Shown here: positions 1 to 10,448 of the stretch, in pieces
How positions within the stretch are numbered: the stretch's first letter is position 1
Layout: each line of letters begins with the position of its first letter
NCBI GenBank assembly: GCA_977017645.1
Contig: OZ360232.1
Coordinates: 101,122,001-101,186,000, forward strand
DNA: 64,000 bases
Origin: Torpedo marmorata
Lineage: Eukaryota
Direction: 5' to 3'
Program-made: the position numbers and the translations under genes
The notes under the pieces: model-generated
Seen by the model: only the letters and a program-made list of their open reading frames with translations
Database searches by the model: none
What the model was told of the DNA's origin: nothing

Positions 1-326
1 CATTCGGGAATCTTCTAGAAAATAGGAAAGGAATGAGATGTTAGGAGGGTGAGTGAGGTCTCCACATCTTTATTGACCGTTTTATAATGTTTTAGATAGT
101 TTTACATCGTTTTAGATAGTTTTACATCGTTTTAGATCGTTTTACAGCGTTTTACATCATTTCAAGAGCTGTTTGTATTGGAATCATTGAAGATTACTGC
201 AAGTCAAATGTAAATAAAGGTTTTTGAACGTTTTGGACTTTGTTAGTAAATTAGTTAAAACGCGTCAAAGACAAGGACCACACTTAGCCTCCAGGTGACT
301 ATTGGTGGATCGAAGTCATCGTAATA
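1..326 (+). mobile_element. 3' part of a BEL/Pao-family LTR (plus orientation), inserted into the 3' LTR of the minus-strand BEL element
   Basis: Colinear with the solo LTR 53218-53819 (AGGAGGGTGAGTGAG...AAACGCGTCAAAGACAAG...CTTAGCCTCCAGGTGACTATTG...GAAGTCA..TAATA). Ends at the same TAATA terminus and abuts reverse-oriented LTR sequence at 327. Confidence 0.75.
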
Positions 327-886
327 ACGCGTTTCAATTAATTTACTAACAAAGTCCAATATGTTCAAAATGTTTATTAACACATGATGACTTGTAGCAA
401 TCTTCAATAACTTAAATATCTTCTTCAACGAAATATAAACAATTCTTGATAACGATGCTTAATAACAATTCTTCAAAACGTCTATAAACTTCATTTAAAC
501 AATTCCTTTAATACTCATTTAAACGTGGCTTTAAACGTTACTTTAAATGTCCTTTAAAAGGTCAATGAAAGATATGGCGATCTCACTCACCCTCCTCCGT
601 CGCCATCTTTTTCGATTCTTACTTCCCTGATTTGCGCATGCTCAATGCGCATATTCCACCGCACATACTCCACCGCGCATACTCCACCACGCATACTGCC
701 GTCACTTCCCAACTGCGCATGCTCCAGCCACTTCCCCACTGCGCATGCGCCCGTCGGCACTCCTGTGCATGCGCAGAGTACTAAATAGGCCCAGCACGGC
801 CTACTAACCTCCGCGTCTCCTCCGAAACCCGCCGAGACATCGGAGCGCCGCGACCAAGGTAAGTAATTAAGCTTACGGCTCTTACA
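327..886 (-). repeat. 3' LTR of BEL/Pao element (last ~60 bp displaced by the insertion at 1-326)
   Basis: Near-identical to 11427-11973, with several substitutions and a ~15 bp indel; preceded on the minus strand by the PPT. Confidence 0.88.
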
Positions 887-1093
887 CCGGCCCCTAATTA
901 TTATAATTAGACGCAATGTCTTAAATAATAATTACACAATCAATTATAAATAACAATAACCATATAACATTCAAACAATATACGAATCTTCTTTCTTCTT
1001 TCTTCATAAGACCAGAGTTTACCATAACTCTGAATCAACAAAAGTCTGTAACCTGTGAAGTATACAACAACAAATAAAGTCAGTTTGTATTTA

Positions 1094-1276
1094 TCAAAGT
1101 TCCTCCGTCTCCAACAGAAGGCAGACTTTGTTAATAGGTCTATTTAGAAAGCCGGTCTTAGTTTTAATTCGAACTTAACGCACAAGACCCCTTTTGTCCT
1201 GAATGGTGTCAATAATTTTTTCAAGTAACCAGGAGTTTATTGGAGTTGAATCGTTCACAATAATTACAATGTCTCC
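1094..1276 (-). pseudogene. C-terminal tail of BEL/Pao integrase (DUF5641-like)
   Basis: Minus-strand translation GDIVIIVNDSTPINSWLLEKIIDTIQDKRGLVR*VRIKTKTGFLNRPINKVCLLLETEEL* matches the typical BEL pol end (GD.V.....P...W.LGRI.....D..G.VR.V.IKT....L.RPI.K.CLL); one internal stop. Confidence 0.8.
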
Positions 1277-1663
1277 TCAAAGTTCTTTTATTTCCAGAAT
1301 CTTTGAGTTAAAATGTCGACCAGTAAACCTCAAATCTTCCTCAGACAAAATAGATACAGTTTTTCTTTTGAATTTTGCACGAGGCACTTCTTCAGCATGT
1401 CGTTTCACTTTAATCCTTTCTTCAGCATTCCACTTCTCATGTGAAGAATTTAAACTCTTAGAACTAGAATTTGAATATTTATCTGATCCTCTCGATTTTA
1501 ATAAACGAGTCTCTTTAACCACTCTGGTTTCTATTGCCTTTTCCTGCAATTCCAAATCCAATTTTGCAACTTTTAATTCAGTCTCAGTTCTTTCTGAAAA
1601 ATTAATAACTTGATCTGAAGTCAAAATATCATGTGATACATTGATATTTCTGTTGTGAACCCT

Positions 1664-1962
1664 GCTGAGGTAAACTTGAATTTTTTGAATTTCTTCATCT
1701 TGCTTGTTACATTTCTGCAATGCAATATCACTTTCTTTCTGCATTGTTAATAGCTGAACATTCAATTTACATTCTTGATTTTTTTTGTAATCAACAGTTT
1801 TGTGTTATGAACCAATAACTTGTTCTCTTTCAAAATATTAATCTCTTCCTCCAACCTTTTACATTTTGAAAATGCTGAATCTCTTTCCTCAATAACTGTA
1901 TTCATTTCTTCAGCAGTTATTCTTTTCTTCCACTTTCTGACTTTGCGAATTTTACTTACAAT
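1664..1962 (-). pseudogene. MIPOL1: Captured MIPOL1-like coiled-coil fragment inside the BEL element
   Basis: IVSKIRKVRKWKKRITAEEMNTVIEERDSAFSKCKRLEEEI...(one A restored at the T8 run 1779-1786)...NQECKLNVQLLTMQKESDIALQKCNKQDEEIQKIQVY resembles vertebrate MIPOL1 as I recall it (RITAEEM..LIEERD.ALSKCKRLEQEL...NQERALKAKLLSMQQ...KKLEEEIQTLRVY). Recognition from memory, not a search. Confidence 0.65.
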
Positions 1963-2441
1963 TAAATCTTTCTGTTTACTGTTTTCATGATTATCTAATA
2001 TTTCCAATTCCCCTTTCAACATTTTGTTCTCTGAATTCAATTGCATTAAATTATTATTCACATTCTTCTTTATTCCATCAGCATAATTTCCTGTGTTCTC
2101 CAGTTTTACATCACATTGCAACATTTCTTCATTGACTTTGTCTGCTGTAAACTCTGAACTACAAAATCTACTTTCAGATTTGGTTCTCAGTCACTTGTTT
2201 TATTCCTGTATCTGATTCAATTACACATGAATAATCACTAGTATTATTCCAACATCTTCTAATACTTCATTCTTATCCATTTCTGATGAAAATAATTCCT
2301 TCAATGTTGTTTTAAATTCCTTTGATTTATTTTCACATTGATCTATTTTCTTTTCTTCAAAAGTGATTTTCTTATTCACAGTCTTTCGCTCTTCCCTTAA
2401 CTCATCAACTTTCACAACCGAAATCCTGTTAATATTTATCA

Positions 2442-3374
2442 CTAACTGTTCCAATGGTCCATTAATTGTCCAACCAAGCTTGGTCCATTGCCTCTACTCC
2501 GTATTATTTTTAGTGGCTCCAAAACCTTTGGTACATCTGAACCAATCAGCATTTCTATCTCAAAGTTAACTTCAGGTAAATAAACCTTCCACAGATAAGA
2601 CAAATGATGGAAATCATTTTGATGCAGAATGTTTCCTTCGTGCACAGGCATAGTCTTCTGAGTGTATAAACTTGGAAGATCACAACATTTTTTGTCATCC
2701 AATCCAGCAACCTCTAAGCCTGAAACAATGCTGGTTTCAACGACCTTTTCTTGTCCCATGGTTTTCAACATAATTTTTGACCTTCTTCCTTGAATATTAA
2801 GTTTGTTCATTAGTCCTTCCGTGCAAAAAGATGCAGTGCTGCCTGGGTCTAGAAATGCATATGTATGTACTATTGCATCCCCTTTCTTGGTCTTGACTTG
2901 TGCAGGCACTATTGAAAGTTTGCAGTTACCGGCCCCAGTAAGGCCACTTGTCTGAACCAAGGTTATAACATTGTTTTCTGTTGTTTCCTTTGTTTCTGTT
3001 TGCTCCTTTTCCAATTCCTTGTTTCTTTGATGGATATGCAACATTCTAGGATGTTTCAACTTACATATGTTACAATTAATTCGCTTCTCACAGTTTTTAC
3101 TGATGTGTCCTTTACACAAACAGCTAAACCATACTCCATATTCCTTTAAGAATGCAATCTTCTCATTATGTTCCTTCTTTTCCAACCGTAAACACATTTC
3201 CAAAGCATGTCCAGCTTTACAGAACAAACAACTCTTCTCATGAGTCAAACTTTCCTTTTCCTTATTTACTTTATCTTTTTCTTTATTTATAACCGACACA
3301 TTAGTAGCAAAAGTACTCCTTTTCAATTTTGAACTAGGCTGTGAGTTAGACCTCCTTATATCTTTGCTCCCCAT
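2442..3374 (-). pseudogene. BEL/Pao Gag Cys/His region and aspartic protease
   Basis: Triple Cys/His cluster (CLFCKAGHALEMC; degenerate WFSCLCKGHISKNC; CNICKLKHPRMLH) and protease motif YAFLDPGSTASF. After a frameshift it continues LGWTINGPL...NRISV, typical of BEL just before RT. Confidence 0.85.
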
Positions 3375-3511
3375 TGAATTGTTCTGGTATTTCCATATAT
3401 TGGATCTGTTTCAATGTACACCTGTCATTCAAGAAAATTTACCAAGTCCTTTAAATTAGCTCTTCGACCGTAATTTTCTTGTTTATCACAAGCAAAATTT
3501 CTCCATCTATC

Positions 3512-3973
3512 TCACAACTTGTAAGGTAATTTTTCTAAGATAATTCGCATATTACCAGGCACTTCAAGCTCACGAATATTATCGATATCTTCCATGGCAT
3601 TACAACATCCTCTTAAAAATAGAGTATATGCTTGTAGAGCCTTTACATCATTCTGATTTATTGATGTCCATTTAAGAGCTTTATCCATATAAGCTGAAGA
3701 AATTTGATGTTTGTTGCCAAAATGTTGTTCAAGTAAAGACTTAGCTCTGTCTAATCCTCTTTCTGAAGACATATGTTGACATCTCTTTACAAGTTCTCTT
3801 GGATGACCTTTTGTGAACATTTCCAAATAATAAAGACATTCATCAGGGTCTTGGCATTTATTTTCAATATTGCGTTTGAAAGATCTCATGAACGCTTGGT
3901 ACTGAAGTGGATCACCATCAAAAGTTTGTTTATCTTTCTTTGGCAAAGAAGAGAGAGACTGTAACTGAATCAA
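3512..3973 (-). pseudogene. BEL/Pao Gag capsid-like domain (DUF1759-like)
   Basis: FDGDPLQYQAFMRSF...CLYYLEMFTKGHPRELV...AKSLLEQHFG...ILEKLPYKL. Confidence 0.85.
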
Positions 3974-4237
3974 TGATGCAGCAATTTCATTTTGTGTTCC
4001 ATTGGATGATAATTAATTGCTCTGTTCACCACCTCTTGTTACAGGTAATGTATCTGGAAACCTCACTGGTGTAGTTTCTCCTATATTTCTGATGCTTGAC
4101 TCAAATGACAACGAAGCTGCATCATTCGACCGAACACAAGCCGCAGCTTTGTCTTTAGATGTTACCACTGGTACATGTGACTTGATACCAATATGCTCTT
4201 GAAGGATTTCTCCTTGTATTTGCAAGTCTTGTACCCC

Positions 4238-5038
4238 TCATATTAAAATATCTTCCCTTTTGGTTGGTTTCTTTTCCTGTGACTCTTTTTTAAAATATGA
4301 CCTTTTATTATCATATACTTTAGATAATTTACTTCGAGCACCAGATACCATTGAACCTTCTAGTACATCTTTTTTTGCCTTGGCAATAATAATGTTTGCT
4401 ACCAGCTCCTGCTGCTCCTTTCTCTGCCTTAGCTGCTCCTTCTCTTGCCTTATCTGCTGTTTTAGCTGCTCCTCCTTTTGCCTTAGCTGCTCCTCCTGTC
4501 CTTCTAAAATATGTTTATCCTTAAGCGTTTTTTTGTCATGCAGGAAGAGCGGTGAAGTTAACTTCAATCTTTGTATGTGACGATGCAGAACTTGAAGTAC
4601 TAGAAACTCTGGAACTCGAACCAGAACTTCGTTTGCTTCTCCTGCTTTCAGCATTTGAGACACTGTCACTTGCTTGCATTTCGTCCTGCAGGTCATATGT
4701 TGTCTTCTTACCTCTTTCTCCAATTCGAATTGTACATCCTTTGCATCTTCATCCTCTTCATTTTCTTCATCCTCTTCATTTGGTGACACATTTTCAGTCA
4801 TTTCCTGGCTATCTTCTTGTACATCTAACAAAGCCACCTCTTCTTCCTTTGCCAGCTTCAATCTTGTGATGAGAACCTTTTTCTTTCCACTTATATCTGG
4901 TTTCATTCGCTTCAATTCTTCTTTAATATCCGCAACCTTCATGTCTTTAATACGTTGGTCCTTAACAGCAACATCAGCGGTTGTTGCGTCAGCTACCGGT
5001 ACATCAGTGGCTGCTGCATCAGAGGCTGCTGCGGCCAT
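4238..5038 (-). pseudogene. BEL/Pao Gag N-terminus with SAP-like motif, acidic tract and coiled coil (frameshifted)
   Basis: ATG at 5038 (AAAATGG context). IKDMKVADIKEELKRMKPDISGKKKVLITRL fits the SAP consensus; EQL(R/K)Q repeats follow. Confidence 0.65.
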
Positions 5039-5444
5039 TTTACTCGTCTTGTTCCACCGTCCTTCTAGCATACACAACACTAGCCAAATCAACAGTCCCC
5101 AATGGACCATCGGCAGCAAATCCAATCTGTGTTCTAACTTCCCAAAGATACACAGAAGGTGTCCACAGACTTATTCCTACTACTTCAGATGACTGTAATG
5201 TGCTGCTATTCACAAACAAGTTTCCACCACAGCATCCGTCAATATTATCGCAGATTTTACAGAAATGGTTTCTCCAACGTATTTATAGGACACTTTACTA
5301 TAAGTTTTGAAGCTGTAAATCCCTCTGTGGCTGTTATTCATGGCAGATGGATGTGGATTACAAACTGCCCATAACTCGAGGCATCTCCAAGATGGCCGCA
5401 TTTTATTTTAAATATCAGTCCAAAACAAAGAGAGATTATTCTAT

Positions 5445-6308
5445 TGTTATGGACCATGACTGACCATTTGGACTGTGGACGGTCAGCAGGAAGGATGAAT
5501 TCTTTTGGAGTATACACTGGGGCCAGGTACTGAAAAAGTTAACTTCCCCAGGACTTGGTGTACCCAGAGAGAGAGAGAGAGAGAGACAGACAGACTGTGG
5601 AATAGATACATTGTTGCACTTTTGCAAAAAGCAGGGGCAGATCTCTGCAAAGCAGACAGTTGTGAGTTGCAAGGCTACAGAACAGCCAGATCCAGTTTTG
5701 TGTGCAAAGGTCAGAGAAAGACTGACAAAATAGCACATGGCCTCCTGTCTCAGAGAAAAATTCTGAGAAAAGCAACTTCTGTGGAGAACAGGCGTGAGAT
5801 CAGCGAGACTAGCTGTGAGATTCAAGCATACGCCTAAATCAGAGATATACTGATCTGGAACTTGCAATCCTTATGAACCTACAAGAAGGGGACGTCATCA
5901 GAGAAGAAAACAAGTATTTGTAAGCATAATCAGTCATTTGTCTCTCTCCAACGTTCATTCAGAAGTACTTCTTCCAGACCCAGAGCTGAAGTGAAGCCTG
6001 AACTTAGAGAGTGGATTTTTTTTGGACTGTATCTTTTGTTTTTTTGACTGACTTGTTGTTTTATGACTGACCTGGGGTTTTTGGGGAAAGTTTTTCCATT
6101 TTTACATAAGGGTTGGGCACAGACTGTAATGGTCTGGGCTTTACACACACACACATTCACCTTTTAGATAAGAATAGAGTTTATAGACGTTTATAGTGGG
6201 GTTAATTGGTGTGAAATTATATGTTTACTTGTGTTTAATAAATAATAATTTCAATTTTTACCCCTTTTGCATTGCGTCTTCTGTCGTTGCTGGTTTGATT
6301 CTGTAACA
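5445..6308 (+). repeat. 5' LTR of Gmr1-like copy 1
   Basis: TG...CA direct repeat of 10449-11312; contains (GA)n, (CA)n and AATAAA. Confidence 0.95.
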
Positions 6309-6311
6309 AAT

Positions 6312-6335
6312 TGGGGGCTCGTTGCGGGATTTGAA
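6312..6335 (+). promoter_or_regulatory. Primer-binding site complementary to tRNA-Pro 3' end
   Basis: TGGGGGCTCGTTGCGGGATTTGAA, 3 nt after the LTR, versus the tRNA-Pro complement TGGGGGCTCGTCCGGGATTTGAA. Confidence 0.85.
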
Positions 6336-6441
6336 TCAAAATCCATCTTGGTAATTGAAGGAATCCCAGTTTGGTTTAAGGCATTCCTTTTTGGTAAAGC
6401 TAATTAAAAGCTAGTGGGTGTGTAACAAAAAACCAGCAACA

Positions 6442-9400
6442 ATGGATGTGGAACATTTTTTGGAATCACCTGAACCTGATACTTTAAAAAAGGCGAAAAA
6501 GGAACAGTTAGTGGCTATAGCAACAGAGTTGGGCATTGCTTCTGTAAAACCATCTATGAAAAAGGCAGAGATTGGGAGAAAAATTGTCAAGTACTATATA
6601 AAAGAAAAAAAATTGGAGGAGATTGCGTGTTAGAGCAGTTTCCCAAGGGTAAACCTTCTGAAAACATACAGTTGGAATTAAAGAAATTGGAATTGGAGGC
6701 AGCCAGAGAACAAAAGAAATTAGAATTGGAGGCAGACAGGGAACAAAAGAATAGGGAATTGGAACAGAGGAAATTAGAATTGGAGATAGCCAGGGAACAG
6801 AAGAGATTAGACTTAGAGAATGAGGAGAAAAATAGGATATATATGCTGGAAAAGATAAAGTTGGAAAATGAGAGGAGACAAGAAGAGCGCCAAGATCAAA
6901 TTCGTCATCCTGCTGAGGGGTTTTTGGCTAGTAGAGAAGTTAGGTTGGTTCCTCCATTTGAGGAGGCAGAAATAGATAAGTACTTCCAACATTTTGAGAA
7001 AGTGGCTGTGAAATTAAAATGGCCACAAGACCAATGGTCTCTTATGTTACAAAGTGTAATAAAAGGAAAAGCTCAGCAAGCTTATTCTACTCTCACCACG
7101 GAACAAGCTGCTGATTATGAAACGGTGAAGAAGGCTATACTCCAGGCTTATGAGTTAGTTCCAGAGGCTTATAGACAGAAGTTTAGAAATCTAAAAAGAT
7201 CAGCAACCCAATCTTATACAGAGTTTGCCTATGAAAAAGTTGTGTGTTTTGACAGGTGGTGCACATCTAAGGAAGTAAACAATGATTACAATCAATTGAG
7301 AGAATTGATAATAATCGAGGAGATTAAAAGGTGTGTTCCTGAGGATATTAAGGTATACTTAGATGAAAAGGAGGTGAAAACTTGGCGAGATTCAGCTAAG
7401 TTGGCAGATGGATATGCTTTAACCCACAAGCCTAAGTGGACGTCAGGTAGAATTTTCCAAAAGGTCACGGTGGATAATCAGAAGCAAGTGGAAAGTAAAT
7501 TTGGAAGTGGTGTTAAGGAAAGGGATGAAGGAAAGTGGAAAAGGGAAAACAATTCGGGTCCCATTTGCCACTACTGTAGAAAGGCTGGTCATATGCTAGC
7601 AAGCTGTCCAGTGTTGAAAAAGAAGAGAGAAAAGGATGCAACACCTAATGCTTGTATTCAGAGTGAGAAGATGCATAACACCCAGGAAGGAGATAAATTT
7701 ACTGACCAAGTTAAAGACGTATTTAAACCTTTTGTGACTGATGGTTTTGTTTCAGTTAAGGCAGGATCAAAACAAGTGCCAGTGAAAATCTTGAGAGATA
7801 CTGGAGCTGCTCAGTCACTTGTGTTAGATAGTGTCTTGGAATTTTGTGAAGCTACTGACACCGGTGACATAAATTTAATAAAAGGAATTGGTGGTGAAGT
7901 TGAGTCCATTCCTTTGCACAAAATAGTATTGAACTCAGACTTGGTGGAAGGACCAGTTATAATAGGAGTGAGATCAGAATTGCCAGTAGATGGAGTCTCA
8001 CTGTTGTTAGGCAATGACTTGGCCAAGGGTAAAGTCGTTCCTGCAGTGCGAATGACCACTAAGCCAGTCATTGATAAGTCAGAGAAAGACTCTGATATTT
8101 ATCCGGCATGTGCCATAACCAGGGCCATGTCTAAGAAAAATGTCACTGTAGAGAAGGCAGTGGAAAATAACTTGGTAAAAGAAAAAGAAACTGATAATCA
8201 AGAAAACCTGGAAAAGGTTGAGCAATCTCCTATGTTACACCCATCCACTGATAAGACACCTAAAGGCACAGATTTGTCACTATCCCGACAGGAGTTAATA
8301 GCAAGGCAAAAGGACGATCCGGATCTTGCTGAGGTGAGGGATAAGGTTTTCTCTGAAGAAGAGATTAAAAAGGTGCCAGTAGGTTATTATGAAAAAGATG
8401 GGGTGTTGATGAGACAGTGGAGACCACGTGATGTTCCTGCCAATGAAGAATGGGCAGTAGTGCAGCAGGTTGTGATCCCTAAAGTATATAGGGATGAAAT
8501 AATAACTTTGGCTCATAGTACACCCTTAGGTGGTCATCTTGGGGTGAAGAAAACTATAAGTAAGATAATGAAACAGTTTTATTGGCCCAGTTTAAGAAGG
8601 GAGGTTGTAAGCTTTTGCCGGGCCTGTCACACTTGTCAGGTGGTGGGTAAACCTAATCAGGGTCCCCCGGTGGCACCCTTGCAACCTATCCCTGCTTTCA
8701 GTGAGCCTTTCTCGAGAGTAATTGTGGACTGTGTTGGCCCATTGCCCAAAACCAAGGCGGGGAATGAATATTTGTTAACAATTATGTGTGCAGCCACCAG
8801 ATTTCCAGAGGCCATTCCTCTGAGAAACATAAAAGCAAAGTCAATTGTAAAGGCTATGGTAAAGTTTTTCACCTTGGTAGGTTTGCCAAGGGAAATTCAA
8901 TCAGATCAGGGCAGTAATTTCATGTCAGGCGTTTTCCAACAAGTGGTTGATGGACTAGGAGTTAAACAGATTGTATCCTCTGCGTACCATCCAGAAAGTC
9001 AAGGGGCCTTGGAGAGATTCCATTCAACTTTGAAAACCATGATTAGAACCTATTGTTGTGAGAAGGAAAAGGATTGGGATGAGGGGGTTCATTTGTTGTT
9101 ATTTGCAGCGAGGGAGTCTGTCCAAGATTCGCTTGGTTTTAGTCCATTTGAGTTAGTTTTCGGACATGAGGTGAGAGGTCCTTTAAGATTATTAAAAGAA
9201 CAGTGGATTAATCGTGATGTGCATTTAAATCTGTTAGATTATGTTTCCAAATTTAAGGATCGATTACATAGGGCTTGTGAGATGGCAAAGGAGAATTTGA
9301 AGGCTACTCAACAGAAAATGAAGGTTTGGTATGATCGAAAGGCGAAGATGAGAACTTTTAAACCTGGTGAGAATGTATTAGTTCTGTTTCCCATCCATTC

Positions 9401-10316
9401 AAATCCTCTTAGGGCTAGATTTTCAGGACCCTATAGAGTTAAGTCAAAAATTAATGATGTCACCTATGTCATAGAAACACCAAATCGCAGACGAGACACA
9501 CAGGTCTGTCATGTGAATATGATTAAGCCATATTTTGAACAGGTGCCTCACAAAGGGACTGAAAATTTACCAGAGGTACTGGTTATTGACAGGGGTAAGG
9601 AGGAGACAGATAAAACCAGTTTCAGAGAGGGTAATGGAAATGTTAATTCTCGGAGTTATGTTGTAGGACAGGGGAAGTTGGCGCCAGTAGAGGCAAAGGT
9701 TGTCGCTATTTCCGAGTTCCCTGTTCCAACTGGTAAGAAAACTCTGAGGAGGTTCCTGGGAATGATTGGCTACTACCGCAAGTTCTGTAAAAACTTTGCT
9801 GATCTTGTGCTCCCTCTCACAAATTTGCTTAGAAAGAAAGAGAAATTTGTATGGTCTACAGGTTGTCAGGAAGCATTTGTCAAATTGAAAGCCATGTTAT
9901 GCCACCAACCTGTGCTTAAGTCACCTAATTTAGAACAGTCGTTTTCTTTAGCCGTGGATGCGAGCGATGAAGCTGTGGGTGCGGTGCTGTTACAGAAGAA
10001 GAACGAAGAGGACATTGAACATCCGGTATCCTACTTCTCAAAGAAGTTCAATGATCATCAAAGGAATTATTCAACTATAGAGAAAGAGTTGTTGGCTCTT
10101 GTATTGGCTCTACAACATTTTGATGTGTATATCTGTACAGCTCAAAAACCACTCATAGTGTATACTGACCATAATCCATTGGTTTTTCTTTGTAAAATGA
10201 AAAATAAGAATCGACGGTTGTTGAATTGGAGTCTAATTTTGCAAGAATATAATTTGGTAATCACTCATATAAAAGGGAGAGATAATGTAATTGCTGATTG
10301 TCTTTCTAGATGTTAA
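6442..10316 (+). CDS. Gag-protease-integrase-(RT thumb)-RNase H polyprotein; one 2-bp insertion near 6623 separates the ATG from the 1229-codon frame
   Basis: Zn knuckle CHYCRKAGHMLASC; protease LRDTGAAQS; integrase HHCC (AHSTPLGGH..CRACHTC), D-D-E (VDCVGP, SDQGSNF, LERFH) and GPY; then only YVVGQG...RRFLGMIGYYRKF and RNase H (VDASD, EKELLA, TDH, ADCLSR). No YxDD motif. Confidence 0.9.
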
Positions 10317-10436
10317 ACTTTATTAATGAAAATAGTTCATATTTTGTATTTGTGGATAAACATTGTAGATTTTGTTTATATTCTGACACCTCACTTACTT
10401 TCCTAAATTTTGTTCTTGCAGACCAAAATTTCCTTT

Positions 10437-10448
10437 GAGGGAGGGAAG
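10437..10448 (+). promoter_or_regulatory. Polypurine tract
   Basis: GAGGGAGGGAAG immediately before the 3' LTR. Confidence 0.85.

Noticed and set aside
80-160. Short spaced repeats (GTTTTACATC/GTTTTAGAT) as a CRISPR-like array
   Set aside because: 10-bp degenerate tandem units inside an LTR; no unique spacers, no cas genes, eukaryotic context.
1277-2454. Coiled-coil ORFs as an env-like gene of the BEL element
   Set aside because: No signal peptide or transmembrane segment, and they lie upstream of the integrase tail, not after pol.
4260-5192. Plus-strand Ser/Phe/Cys-rich ORFs opposite BEL gag
   Set aside because: Shadow frames of purine-rich Glu/Lys codons on the other strand.
5436-6160. 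Recurrent 70-160 aa ORFs in Gmr1-like LTRs (also ~10395-11164, 16246-16802, 54467-55169, 59564-60114)
   Set aside because: They recur only because the LTR is repeated; frames shift between copies at (GA)n tracts and show no protein motifs.
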